32,000 nt of DNA from Ignicoccus pacificus DSM 13166 (GCA_025340205.1 CP006868.1:540001-572000), one strand, 5' to 3'. Positions 16,598-25,790 are shown, counted from the first letter of the stretch. Translations and numbers: made by a program. The notes: generated from the sequence alone by a model not told the origin.

Positions 16598-18316
16598 ATG
16601 GGCGAGAAAATCATGAGAATTAGGAGAATTGCTGAGATCATGGAAGCCCTTGCTCAGATTCCACACACCTCAGTCCTAGGAGTGATAGAGGGAGGTAAGC
16701 TCCTCTCCCTCTCCTTGGTCCAAAGGGACAAAGCCCTTTACTCCTTGGATCCCGAGAGCGGGAAGATGGAGAGGCTCACGAAGGGATTCGTGAGCCTTCC
16801 CTCGATACCTCCCTACTTCTCCTCTGAGATCTACTTCGCTAGAGATGTCTCCTCGGGGAAGGAGCTTCACAAGCTCTACAAGTTGGATGTTAACAAGAAG
16901 GAGGAAGAAGAAATAGAAATGGAGCCTATGAGAATAACGAGCATTGTTCACAGCGACAAAGTATTCTTCGTGGGATCTAAGGAGAAGAACACGATATACT
17001 TAGTGGAGGGCGGAAAGGTAGAGGAAGTAGCGAGCTTTCACGAGGTGTTCAGCATAACCGATTACTCCCAAGGTCTCCTAGTGGGTTCAGGCTTCTTCAA
17101 GAGTCCTAGGAGCTCGGAGCTCTTGTTGATAAAGGATGGGAGTGTCGAGATCTTTACTCCAAAGGAAGGAAGCGTCAACGAGAATCCGATCATAGTCGGA
17201 GACAAGATAGTGTTCTCGAGCAACTTTGAGGGATCTCCGAAGCTCTACGTCCTAGATCCAGAAACTAAGGATGTGGAGAGATTGGAGTACGAGGAAATAG
17301 ATAGGTTCTCCCCTTACGAGTTCTCCTTCCTCTGGAAGGGCAAAGATCAAGAGCTAATAGCAATAGCGAAGAAGGACGGAAGAAGCAGGGTATTCGTAGA
17401 CGGAAAAGAAATCAAGGGTCCCCTAGGAAACTATTCAACGGCGTTCGTCGTCGAGGGCAAGGTCTATGCTACATTCACTAACTCCTTTACTCCTTCAAGC
17501 GTCATAGAACTTAAGGAAAATAGGTTCATATTCAAGCCCGAAGTTCCTGAAGTGTTAAAAGGAGTTGTAAAGGAGGTCATATTCAGGAAGATAAGGTCGT
17601 TCGACGGAACGGAGGTTCCTACCTTCATCGTGCTTAGCTCCCTCTCTGAGGTACCAGGAAAGGCCGTCATGCTCGTTCACGGAGGACCTTGGGCTGAGGA
17701 CGACGATCGCTTCGATGTGATGACCTATTCTTTGGCAAGCATGGGATATCACGTGATAAGGTCGAATTACAGAGGGAGCACCGGCTACGGTCCGGAACAC
17801 ACGTTGAAGATTATGGGAGATCCTTGTGGAGGGGAGCTCAAGGACTTGATAGAAGTGGCTAGAAGCTTGAAGGGAGAGATAGCGAAGGAGATGTGCATAG
17901 CTGGCTATAGCTACGGAGGTTACATGACGCTATGTGCCTTAACTAAGTACCCGGATGAGTTCAAGTGCGGGGTAGCTGGGGCCTCCGTCGCCGACTGGGA
18001 GGAGATGTACGAGCTCTCGGATGCTATATTCAAGGGCTTCATAGAGCTGCTGTTCGCTGGAAGGAATGACTTGTTCAAAGAGAGAAGTCCAATAACCTAT
18101 GCTGAAAACTTGAAGGCTCCCCTATGCCTAATACAACCTCAAAACGACTCCAGAACTCCCTTAAAACCCGTGCTGAAGTTCATGGAAAAGCTAAACGAGC
18201 TCGGCAAGACCTTCGAGGCCCACATAATACCTAACATGGGCCATGCCCTAAGGACCGTAGATGATATGGTGAACGTGCTAATGCCAATGTTAGTGTTCCT
18301 TGAAAAGGAGATGTAG
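16598..18316 (+). CDS. S9-family serine peptidase (acylaminoacyl-/prolyl-oligopeptidase type)
   Basis: N-terminal beta-propeller-like half. The C-terminal alpha/beta-hydrolase half carries VHGGPW, the nucleophile elbow GYSYGGYM, the Asp region QPQNDSRTP and the His region MGHAL. Confidence 0.9.
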   Translation: MGEKIMRIRRIAEIMEALAQIPHTSVLGVIEGGKLLSLSLVQRDKALYSLDPESGKMERLTKGFVSLPSIPPYFSSEIYFARDVSSGKELHKLYKLDVNKKEEEEIEMEPMRITSIVHSDKVFFVGSKEKNTIYLVEGGKVEEVASFHEVFSITDYSQGLLVGSGFFKSPRSSELLLIKDGSVEIFTPKEGSVNENPIIVGDKIVFSSNFEGSPKLYVLDPETKDVERLEYEEIDRFSPYEFSFLWKGKDQELIAIAKKDGRSRVFVDGKEIKGPLGNYSTAFVVEGKVYATFTNSFTPSSVIELKENRFIFKPEVPEVLKGVVKEVIFRKIRSFDGTEVPTFIVLSSLSEVPGKAVMLVHGGPWAEDDDRFDVMTYSLASMGYHVIRSNYRGSTGYGPEHTLKIMGDPCGGELKDLIEVARSLKGEIAKEMCIAGYSYGGYMTLCALTKYPDEFKCGVAGASVADWEEMYELSDAIFKGFIELLFAGRNDLFKERSPITYAENLKAPLCLIQPQNDSRTPLKPVLKFMEKLNELGKTFEAHIIPNMGHALRTVDDMVNVLMPMLVFLEKEM

Positions 18317-18357
18317 CCTCGGTCAGCGAAGATCTCCTCATCGCTCAGCTCCGCCGG

Positions 18358-18387
18358 AACGCCTCATCGGCGTTTTCCTTTTCTTTG
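18358..18387 (+). terminator. hairpin plus oligo-T tract downstream of the S9 peptidase gene
   Basis: aacgcc-tcatc-ggcgtt stem-loop (18358-18374) followed by ttccttttcttt. Oligo-T tracts act as archaeal termination signals. Confidence 0.4.
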
Positions 18388-18405
18388 TACTACCTAATGA
18401 GGTAA

Positions 18406-19374
18406 TTGTCCGAGCCGTCAAGGGCCCGTTTCTTAGGGAGGGTGAGCACAGCGAAGCGTATGATTTTAACGACTGATGTCCCATTTACTCCCGAGGGAAC
18501 GCTCATGTTGTACGGTACGTTCTTTCCGATCGGTATCGTAGCTATGCTCCTAGGCATGGCCAACAACGGCTTCTTGGCCATAAATGCCAACACCGCCTTC
18601 CTCCTAAACGCCACCACCGGGGCTTACACTCAGCTAGCCCTGCCCGGCAACGCCCTCTGCGCCGTGCCTTACGAGGGCATGGCACTAGTGGGCGTTCAGA
18701 ACGGCCAGCAGACTACCTTCCTGCTGGTCAGCGCCGACGGCAAGACTGCCCCGGTGAAGGGCGCAGTTGAGGGGAAGGTCCTAAGCTGTAGCGCCTATGG
18801 AGACTTGCTAGCCGTAAGCTACAAGGTAGGCAACGAGGTCAAGGTAGCGATTTACGCCATCGGTAAGGGAGGTACCAGCTTGGAGAAGACCATAGACCTA
18901 CCTGCCGTCAAGGGTGCCGATATGGTCCTCCTAGGACCCACCTACACCGCCGTCTACGGAGACTCCGGAATGTACGTCTACAAGGCCGGCAAGCCCGTAC
19001 AAGTGTGCAGCAAGCCCGTCGCCAAGGCTAGGGCCTATGGCGACATGGCTCTACTAGTGCTCAAGGGCGCCAACACTGTGATACTAATGGACGTACCCAA
19101 GGACGAGAAGGTCATAGTGTTAACTCCCAAGGAGGGAACCGTCACCGATGCTCTACTAATAGAGAACGCTGGCCCCAACAGCGCCATCCTAGTAGGTCTC
19201 AAGAACTCCGCCAAGGGACTAGTCCTATATAGAGGAAACTCCGAGGTCATGTCTGTAGGCGTCCAGAACGTCTGCTCCCTAGCTGCTAACGCTAACTTCG
19301 TGGGTGCCACCACCAAGGATCCCAACCTAGGAAACGGCGTGGCCGTAGTGCCTCTAGCTTGGTTCATGAAGTAA
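18406..19374 (+). CDS. hypothetical beta-rich protein with N-terminal hydrophobic anchor; GC-rich codon usage
   Basis: 322-aa ORF from a TTG at 18406. The ATG at 18460 is a more likely start, because gggagggtga precedes it. Hydrophobic segment FFPIGIVAMLLGMA, then repeated short beta-strand/Gly-turn blocks. No motif recognised. Confidence 0.7.
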   Translation: MSEPSRARFLGRVSTAKRMILTTDVPFTPEGTLMLYGTFFPIGIVAMLLGMANNGFLAINANTAFLLNATTGAYTQLALPGNALCAVPYEGMALVGVQNGQQTTFLLVSADGKTAPVKGAVEGKVLSCSAYGDLLAVSYKVGNEVKVAIYAIGKGGTSLEKTIDLPAVKGADMVLLGPTYTAVYGDSGMYVYKAGKPVQVCSKPVAKARAYGDMALLVLKGANTVILMDVPKDEKVIVLTPKEGTVTDALLIENAGPNSAILVGLKNSAKGLVLYRGNSEVMSVGVQNVCSLAANANFVGATTKDPNLGNGVAVVPLAWFMK

Positions 19375-19381
19375 TGATTTT

Positions 19382-20281
19382 TTGAAATCCCCTCCTAGAT
19401 CCATAAAAACTTCTTTCCTGTCCCCCCAAAGGGTCTTGATCGTGTTCTCGGAACCTCTAGCCTTTGGAGGAGAGAAAAGGGAAGATTCTCCATTCGCAGT
19501 ACTCGGCTTTCCCTTTGAAGGGACAGCATCTTTTCGAGGAGGTACCTCAGAGGGGCCCAACGCCATAAGGCATGCCTCCAAGTACATTGAATTCTTAGCG
19601 AACTACGTCCATTTCAACATGGATTACGTGCTTTACGATGACCTAGGTGACGTTCCGACCTCCCCGGGAATGGTAAGGGAAAGCTTGAACAACTTGGAGG
19701 TGGCCCTTCAAGGAATAGAGAAGATACCGATAATCTTAGGCGGAGAACATACCTTAAGCTACTCCGCGGTGAAGGTGCTCGAGCCCGATTGCTTGCTCGT
19801 CTTCGACGCTCACTTGGACTTGAGAGATGAGTACTTGGGTAACGCTTGGAGCCACGCGTGCTGGCTAAGGAGGCTGTTGGAGGAAAGGAAGGTCAAAACT
19901 ATGGTTTACGGAGCTAGAGGATTCGCCGACGAGGAGGTAGAGTTCGCCAAGGGGAGAGTTGCGTTAGGAAAAAGGATAGGGGACGTGAGCAGGTGGATTA
20001 AGGGTTGCAAAGACGTTTACATAAGCGTGGACGTGGACGTCTTCGATCCCTCCCTGACTCCCGGAGTGGGCAACCCGGAACCCTTGGGGATAAGCTTTGA
20101 TGAGTTCCTAAAAGCAGTGGCCGAAGCGCTCTTCAAGGTTCCGCTAAAGGGAATGGATGTTGTGGAGGTCAGCCCTCCCTATGATCCCTCCGGGATTACA
20201 GCTGTACTAGCGACAAAGGTAGTGGTGGAAACTACAGCCATGCATTACGTGACTTGGGAAAAAAGAAAGCTTACTTCTTAG
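19382..20281 (+). CDS. speB: agmatinase (arginase/ureohydrolase family)
   Basis: Mn-binding motifs [16 protein letters not shown] and [22 protein letters not shown]. The start is uncertain (TTG at 19382 or GTG at 19442). Confidence 0.9.
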   Translation: MKSPPRSIKTSFLSPQRVLIVFSEPLAFGGEKREDSPFAVLGFPFEGTASFRGGTSEGPNAIRHASKYIEFLANYVHFNMDYVLYDDLGDVPTSPGMVRESLNNLEVALQGIEKIPIILGGEHTLSYSAVKVLEPDCLLVFDAHLDLRDEYLGNAWSHACWLRRLLEERKVKTMVYGARGFADEEVEFAKGRVALGKRIGDVSRWIKGCKDVYISVDVDVFDPSLTPGVGNPEPLGISFDEFLKAVAEALFKVPLKGMDVVEVSPPYDPSGITAVLATKVVVETTAMHYVTWEKRKLTS

Positions 20282-21260
20282 CCTCCTTCTTGTTTTGATC
20301 AAGCTCCAAAAGCTTTACCAGCTCCTTGTATCTGTTCCTGACGGTCACCTCAGTTACTCCAGCCACTTGAGCTATCTCCTTCTGAGTTCTCCTCTCTCCC
20401 TTCTGCATAACAGCGATGTAAATGGCTGCGGCAGCTATTCCCGCAGGATCCTTTCCGGCTGTTATCGTTGTACCCTTAACCTTCTTCATTATATTAATGG
20501 CCTCAGCTATGATATCTCCTCTCAGACCGAGGGCTTGTCCTATTCTGGGAATATGATCTATAGGATCGGCTATGGGGATGTTTAGCTTGAGTTCCTTCAA
20601 CAAGAGCCTATAGCACCTAGCCATATCCTTTCTATTGACGTGGAGCTTCTTGGATATCTCATCCAAGGTTCTAGGCTGGTGATGTATTCTGCAAGCGGCG
20701 TAGATCACCGCCGCCACCACAGATTCAATGCTCCTACCTCTTACCAAGCCCTTCTCTACTGCCTTTCTATATATTACAGCTGCCTCCTCCTTTACTTGCT
20801 TGGGCAAGTTCAATATGTTTGCCATCTTATCCAATTCGTTCATAGCTATGGTGAGGTTCCTGTCCATTCCAGTCTGCATCCTAGTCCTCATCTGCCACTT
20901 ACGCCACCTGAGGACCTCCATCCTCCTCCTCATGTCCAGCCTTCTTCCGAGAGCGTCCCTGTCACGGTGATCTATTATTGTGGAAATTCCTTGGTCGTGG
21001 AGGGTTGGGGACAGAGGAGCTCCCGTCCTACCCCTTCTCTCCCTCTCCTCAGGAGTGAACGCTCTCCACTCAGGGCCTTGATCTATGTATTTATCCATTA
21101 CAACTGCTCCACAGTTAGCACAAACGTACTCGCCGGTGTCTTCTTTAAATACTATCTCCGTGCTACCACACACGGGGCACCGGAGGGGCTTGCCGGACTC
21201 GCCGGAGGGCTGGGAGTCCAGCCTGAAGTCGGATCCGCTCTCCCCGCTCATGCCGCACAC
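20271..21260 (-). CDS. tfb: transcription initiation factor IIB (TFB)
   Basis: Zn-ribbon CPVCGS...CANCG, B-reader/linker, two cyclin-fold repeats and a C-terminal HTH-like [25 protein letters not shown] start at 21260, with an in-frame ATG at 21252. Confidence 0.95.
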   Translation of the reverse strand: MCGMSGESGSDFRLDSQPSGESGKPLRCPVCGSTEIVFKEDTGEYVCANCGAVVMDKYIDQGPEWRAFTPEERERRGRTGAPLSPTLHDQGISTIIDHRDRDALGRRLDMRRRMEVLRWRKWQMRTRMQTGMDRNLTIAMNELDKMANILNLPKQVKEEAAVIYRKAVEKGLVRGRSIESVVAAVIYAACRIHHQPRTLDEISKKLHVNRKDMARCYRLLLKELKLNIPIADPIDHIPRIGQALGLRGDIIAEAINIMKKVKGTTITAGKDPAGIAAAAIYIAVMQKGERRTQKEIAQVAGVTEVTVRNRYKELVKLLELDQNKKEAKK

Positions 21261-21309
21261 ACCTCTAAAGTCTTGCAGAGTCTACCGTAAACTTTAGAAG
21301 GGGGTAAGG

Positions 21310-21320
21310 TTTATATATTT
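21310..21320 (-). promoter_or_regulatory. TATA-box-like element upstream of tfb
   Basis: The minus strand reads aaatatataaa, centred about 55 nt upstream of the GTG at 21260. This implies a leader of roughly 30 nt. Confidence 0.4.
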
Positions 21321-21503
21321 AACAGTTCCGTTTCTCCTTCTCTATAGGAATCCATGAGAGAGCTTCGAGGATAGTACCGTTCTCCGAATCGTATGATTAC
21401 TAGAGGGGATAAAAGCTTACCACGAGTCTCCTCTTGCTCATCTGAGGGAGAGCTCACTACAACACTTTTACGACATTAATGATCCTTCCCAGCGGAGATA
21501 GCC

Positions 21504-22139
21504 ATGAAGAGGACTTACCTAGTGTTACTTCTAGCTCTCTTGCCACTAATGGCGCAGATGTGTGACTGCGGAGGCTACAAGCTCATGCAAGCGCAGCTCA
21601 AGCTCTACGAGCTCAGCGACGTAAGCGTTCCTCCGGGAACCTACACTCTCTTCGTAAACGCGACCGTCTACAGGACGATAAACGGCGCCACGAGCACTGC
21701 CTCCGTCACCGTCTACCACTATTACACCGCTACTGTCTACATATCTTCAACCACCTTTAGCATAATCAACAGCACCGACTCTGCTACCGCTGACGGGAAG
21801 GCCATGATTGGAAAGTTAGGCTTCCCTGTAACCATAACCATGACAAACATCATAGACGGTCAGCTCGTTAGCAACAACACCACCTACAACGCCACTCTGT
21901 CCACCGTACACACTAGAACTATCCCGGCCGCCATGATGCTACCGACCACCACAGTCACCAACGCCACCAGCACCGAGGAGTTGGAGCTCACCTTCACCTC
22001 CGGAGCCTTTACCGCTGCGGAAGCATACTTCCTGGAGACCTTCAGCGACTCCATAACCTTCAGCGGGCTAGGAATACCCGGCGTCGCGCTGTTAGCGATA
22101 ATAGGAGGAGCTCTGGTCAGCTTATTCCGCAGGAAGTAA
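21504..22139 (+). CDS. secreted Thr-rich glycoprotein-like protein with C-terminal membrane anchor
   Basis: Signal-like MKRTYLVLLLALLPLMAQ. The body is rich in Thr, Ser and Asn and has at least six N-x-S/T sequons. The C-terminus is GIPGVALLAIIGGALVSLFRRK (hydrophobic helix plus basic tail). Confidence 0.7.
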   Translation: MKRTYLVLLLALLPLMAQMCDCGGYKLMQAQLKLYELSDVSVPPGTYTLFVNATVYRTINGATSTASVTVYHYYTATVYISSTTFSIINSTDSATADGKAMIGKLGFPVTITMTNIIDGQLVSNNTTYNATLSTVHTRTIPAAMMLPTTTVTNATSTEELELTFTSGAFTAAEAYFLETFSDSITFSGLGIPGVALLAIIGGALVSLFRRK

Positions 22140-22170
22140 GTTTACGAATGACGTAAAGTTTCAGCTCAAA

Positions 22171-22521
22171 ATGTTTTTATTAAAGGATCTATGGGTCTTA
22201 TCCTTGTTCATAATAGCTGACATCAACATGATAGGTTTTGGTAGGTGGTTGAGGAAGAGGCTCCGCTACATCGCTCCCTCAATGAATGTAATTGAATGTT
22301 ACAATCTCATTAAAGAATGTAATGATGAGGACTTGATCTACTTGGCCTACTCTGAAGGGGCGCTAGTGCTTACTTGGGATCGCGACTTCCCGGATGAGGT
22401 AGCCCTGAGGCCTCCTGAGAGGTTCAGAGGAAGGAAGTACTATTACAAGCACTTGTGGGGATGGTTCTGGAAAGAGTTAAAAAGGAGGAAGGTAAAGGTT
22501 CCTATATACAACATGGTATGA
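22171..22521 (+). CDS. PIN-like (Mut7-C / DUF5615-like) domain protein
   Basis: FIIADINMIGFGRWLRKRL...DEDLIYLAYSEGALVLTWDRDF resembles the F.vD.mLG.LaRWLR...D.eil..A..e.ril.T.D.dF pattern as I remember it. No family HMM was run. Confidence 0.45.
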   Translation: MFLLKDLWVLSLFIIADINMIGFGRWLRKRLRYIAPSMNVIECYNLIKECNDEDLIYLAYSEGALVLTWDRDFPDEVALRPPERFRGRKYYYKHLWGWFWKELKRRKVKVPIYNMV

Positions 22522-22579
22522 GTTTTCTTACCGGTAAGACAAAGCCTATTGAACTACTGGGTCTCTGAGGAGCTGGAGA

Positions 22580-23761
22580 GTGTTAGGAATGCTGAACGAG
22601 CTATTCGCAGCGACCCTAGCGAGAGCGACCGTTCCTTATGTGAGGAAGAGGGTTCTCGGTTGGTTGAGGGAACTCGAGTCGTCCGAGCCCTCCCCTCCCT
22701 CGTTGCCTAACAGGCCTCTCTCCTTATACCTTCACGTTCCCTTTTGTACCAATCTCTGTAAGTTCTGTCACTTCGTGAGATATCCATTCGAAGAAGAAAA
22801 GGCTAGGAAATACTTCAGAAAGCTGATAAACGACGTCTACAGTGCCTATGGAAATGACGTGGAGGTAAAGGAGGTCTACATAGGAGGTGGTTCTCCCTCG
22901 TGCCTTCCAGACATGCTAGGTGAGCTCGTAGACGTCCTTTGGGATCTCTGGAAGCCTGAGATCTCTCTGGAGGTGAACCCTAAGGACGTTGTCCATAGAG
23001 ACGCCTTGGATTACCTCGACAGCAACAAGGTGAGGAGGATTAGCATGGGAGTACAGAGCTTCTTCGAGGAGAGACTGAGGGAGCTTGGAAGGCCTGTGAG
23101 CGAGGAGGAGAACTGGGAAGCCATACAGCTCATTAAGGAGAAGAACTTCCACACCTTTAACATAGACTTGATCTGGGGAGTTAATGATATGAAGGAAGAA
23201 CTGGAGAAGGCCTTCGCTTGTGGAGCTAACCAAATAACCTTCTATCCACTAATGCCCTTTCCAGCTAAGGGAATTACTGGAGAGCTCAAGGGATTCAAGG
23301 TGTACCAACAAATAGTGAGGGAGGCGGAGAAAAACGGATTCTGCAGGGCCAACGCTTGGACCTTTTCCAAGGGTAAATCGATGGTAGATGAATACATAAG
23401 CGAGTGCAGCGACTTCCTAGGCTTGGGGGTCAGCTCGTTCAGCTTGATCAATGGAGTTAGTCACGTGAACACGTTCAGCATAGATAAGTACTTAGAGAGC
23501 AAAGACTGGTTCCCTAATGAACACTCCCTCAAGCTCTCCAGAAAGGACTTGGACGGCTTTAGAAAGGCATTCGCCTTGCATTCCAACCCCAAGTATCTGG
23601 GCTTGAGAGGGGAATCCTTCTGGTATCTAGGAGTAATTGTTCTAAGAGAAATGTACACGATCTTGGGAGAGTACAGGAAGATGAAGATGGCTGCTGCAAC
23701 TTCCGAGAACAGAAATGATAGGACAGTGGCAGAGACACTAAAGAAATTACAGCAACCTTAG
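22580..23761 (+). CDS. radical SAM protein, HemN/HemW-like
   Basis: Cluster motif YLHVPFCTNLCKFCHF (CxxxCxxC), then YIGGGSPS and RISMGVQSF blocks typical of coproporphyrinogen-III-oxidase-like radical SAM enzymes. Confidence 0.85.
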   Translation: MLGMLNELFAATLARATVPYVRKRVLGWLRELESSEPSPPSLPNRPLSLYLHVPFCTNLCKFCHFVRYPFEEEKARKYFRKLINDVYSAYGNDVEVKEVYIGGGSPSCLPDMLGELVDVLWDLWKPEISLEVNPKDVVHRDALDYLDSNKVRRISMGVQSFFEERLRELGRPVSEEENWEAIQLIKEKNFHTFNIDLIWGVNDMKEELEKAFACGANQITFYPLMPFPAKGITGELKGFKVYQQIVREAEKNGFCRANAWTFSKGKSMVDEYISECSDFLGLGVSSFSLINGVSHVNTFSIDKYLESKDWFPNEHSLKLSRKDLDGFRKAFALHSNPKYLGLRGESFWYLGVIVLREMYTILGEYRKMKMAAATSENRNDRTVAETLKKLQQP

Positions 23762-23842
23762 ATTTCTTATAAATAACATTATCGAACATATAACGTTTGG
23801 TTTATACTCTTACTAACCTTAGTCCCTAAGGGTACCAAGGAT

Positions 23843-24472
23843 ATGAAAAGCAAGAACAAACAATGTCTTGTATGTGTCTCTGATACATGCTATGTTGGTG
23901 AATCAAAGAACGGATCTTGTATCGTGTTTCTAAAATTACAGCATGCAAGATATCTTAAGTGTCGTTGCTATGGAGAGACCTCTTATTCTAGGAAAATAAA
24001 CCTCTACCTCTACTTACCTCTTACACCTATTTATGAAACGTCTTTAGATGAAGCATTAAGTGTGACCTCATACAACGCTAAGAAAGTAAAGTCGAACGTA
24101 GTGGCATGTCTTAAAGAGATCATTCTTGAAGAACTTAGTGTGGATTGCAATTTTTGTCTTGACTATAACAAAAAGGCAATAGAAGCTCTACTTGTCTCCA
24201 AAGAGTTTGAAGAAGGATGCTTTAACGAAGACATAAGAGATATTGTCTACAAGACTATAGGTCATTATGTGAAGCTATCAATGCCATTTATCATTCACTC
24301 AGAACAATTCTCTCGAGATAAAGAGACAGGGGGTATTATACCATCGATCTTTTTTTCTAATTTATTAAATGTATATCTGAATCTTCCCTCGATGTCGCTT
24401 GGAACATTAGACGGTATAATAATAATTCCATTCACTGAAGCACTGTTACGTTGGATTATTTCTCCTAAATAG
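23843..24472 (+). CDS. hypothetical protein, Cys-rich N-terminus (AT-rich block)
   Basis: 209-aa ORF with an ATG start. N-terminal cysteines: CLVCVSDTC...C...CRC. A TATA-like ttataaata lies at 23767-23775. No family recognised. Confidence 0.5.
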   Translation: MKSKNKQCLVCVSDTCYVGESKNGSCIVFLKLQHARYLKCRCYGETSYSRKINLYLYLPLTPIYETSLDEALSVTSYNAKKVKSNVVACLKEIILEELSVDCNFCLDYNKKAIEALLVSKEFEEGCFNEDIRDIVYKTIGHYVKLSMPFIIHSEQFSRDKETGGIIPSIFFSNLLNVYLNLPSMSLGTLDGIIIIPFTEALLRWIISPK

Positions 24473-24488
24473 TACTTGGGCGATAAAG

Positions 24489-25433
24489 GTGAGAAGTATG
24501 CCCCAAAGAGCTAACAAAATCAAATACTATAGGGAGGTTCTTCTTCTTGGTAGCCATCGAAGATTTATTGGAATTCCAGGACTTTATGATCTTTTTGATA
24601 TAATTCTCAATAGAACTAGAGACATCTTGTTAGAAGATATCGGAACTGGAGGCCTTAGATCTCTAGCTAATGACATCATTCAAGTCAGAGGAAACGTAAA
24701 CGCACGGCTACGTCGACAACGATCTCTATTCAAACTATATTTTGATGTCGATATTAATCAATTGATTGCTGGGCCAGCAGTAGCCTTCGATTATGATACT
24801 GTGGAAAGAAACTTCTATATCCATACTATCTTGGGTTTTAGAACGATAAAGGCGCTCCTCTTAACACAAAATCCGATATTAAATGTTGCCGGGTCGATGT
24901 CTATACTAGCGTGGCTTGGTATTATATTAGACCTGCCCGGCTCTTGTTCTGGTCACTTGATAGAAGCTAAACTAGCTCATGATTTAGAGGTACCACACAT
25001 TTACATTCGTGAAGCAATTCGAAGAGTAAGGAGAGATTACAATACTGAAGAATATTATATTACCTTCTTTGACATGCCCGGCGTATGTTTTATTGCCTCT
25101 CTGCTTAAACATGAAGAAATAGAAGATTTGTGTAGTGGTATAGTCCAAATGAGTAGGGGGCTGATAGAAATAGTCCCCTATCCGCACGAAAGTATAGTGA
25201 TCAGAGGTACCACAGCAATGTTGAATGACCTTAGTGGAGCTAGGTTTATAACATTAGCCTTACCGAGCACACTAAGAGGTTTCATTGACCAAGTAATTCG
25301 TAAACCTACACTCTTAGAAATAGAGAATCAGCAAGGAAACCGAGCTATAGAGAGACTCTCGCTGTGCATGGCTTGTGCCCTAAAGGTACTTGCCGAGCAG
25401 ATAAGACGGATACCATTAGCATCCATAGAGTAG
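24489..25433 (+). CDS. hypothetical protein (AT-rich block)
   Basis: 314-aa ORF starting 16 nt after the previous ORF. Globular-looking composition. No motif recognised. Confidence 0.55.
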   Translation: MRSMPQRANKIKYYREVLLLGSHRRFIGIPGLYDLFDIILNRTRDILLEDIGTGGLRSLANDIIQVRGNVNARLRRQRSLFKLYFDVDINQLIAGPAVAFDYDTVERNFYIHTILGFRTIKALLLTQNPILNVAGSMSILAWLGIILDLPGSCSGHLIEAKLAHDLEVPHIYIREAIRRVRRDYNTEEYYITFFDMPGVCFIASLLKHEEIEDLCSGIVQMSRGLIEIVPYPHESIVIRGTTAMLNDLSGARFITLALPSTLRGFIDQVIRKPTLLEIENQQGNRAIERLSLCMACALKVLAEQIRRIPLASIE

Positions 25434-25518
25434 ATTAGCAAAGCTCTCTTGTTTCTAATACCTAAATCAAACATACATGGTACTTCTCACATTGTAATCA
25501 TTGTAATACCCCACGTGA

Positions 25519-25547
25519 GTGACCTTATTAATAGCCCCTTAGGTCAC
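25519..25547 (+). promoter_or_regulatory. rps27e promoter: TATA-like ttattaata bracketed by a 7-bp inverted repeat
   Basis: gtgacct (25519-25525) and aggtcac (25541-25547) flank ttattaata (25525-25533). The TATA centre lies about 37 nt upstream of the ATG at 25566. Confidence 0.45.
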
Positions 25548-25565
25548 CCTTGACCGGGGAGAAAC

Positions 25566-25775
25566 ATGCCGCGCAAGAGGAAGCTGTACAAGATATTGAC
25601 TCCAGAGCCCAGATCCAGGTTCATTAAGGTAAGGTGTCCCACGTGTGGAAACGAGCAAGTAGTGTTCTCCCATGCCACCTACCCGGCCAGCTGCCTCATG
25701 TGTGGAACCAAGCTGGTGGAGCCTACCGGAGGAAAGGCTAGGATCCTAGGAGAGCTAGTGAAGATCCTAGAGTGA
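25566..25775 (+). CDS. rps27e: 30S ribosomal protein S27e
   Basis: 69 aa with the zinc ribbon [14 protein letters not shown]...CLMCG...L.EPTGGKA, characteristic of eS27. Confidence 0.95.
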   Translation: MPRKRKLYKILTPEPRSRFIKVRCPTCGNEQVVFSHATYPASCLMCGTKLVEPTGGKARILGELVKILE

Positions 25776-25790
25776 GTTTTTATTTATGAG
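25776..25790 (+). terminator. oligo-T tract after rps27e
   Basis: gtttttatttatg lies immediately after the TGA stop (25773-25775). Confidence 0.35.

Noticed and set aside
20640-21297. Plus-strand ORFs of 216, 80 and 70 aa antisense to tfb.
   Set aside because: TFB is unambiguous on the minus strand, and the plus-strand translations are low-complexity (Ser/Pro/Leu/His).
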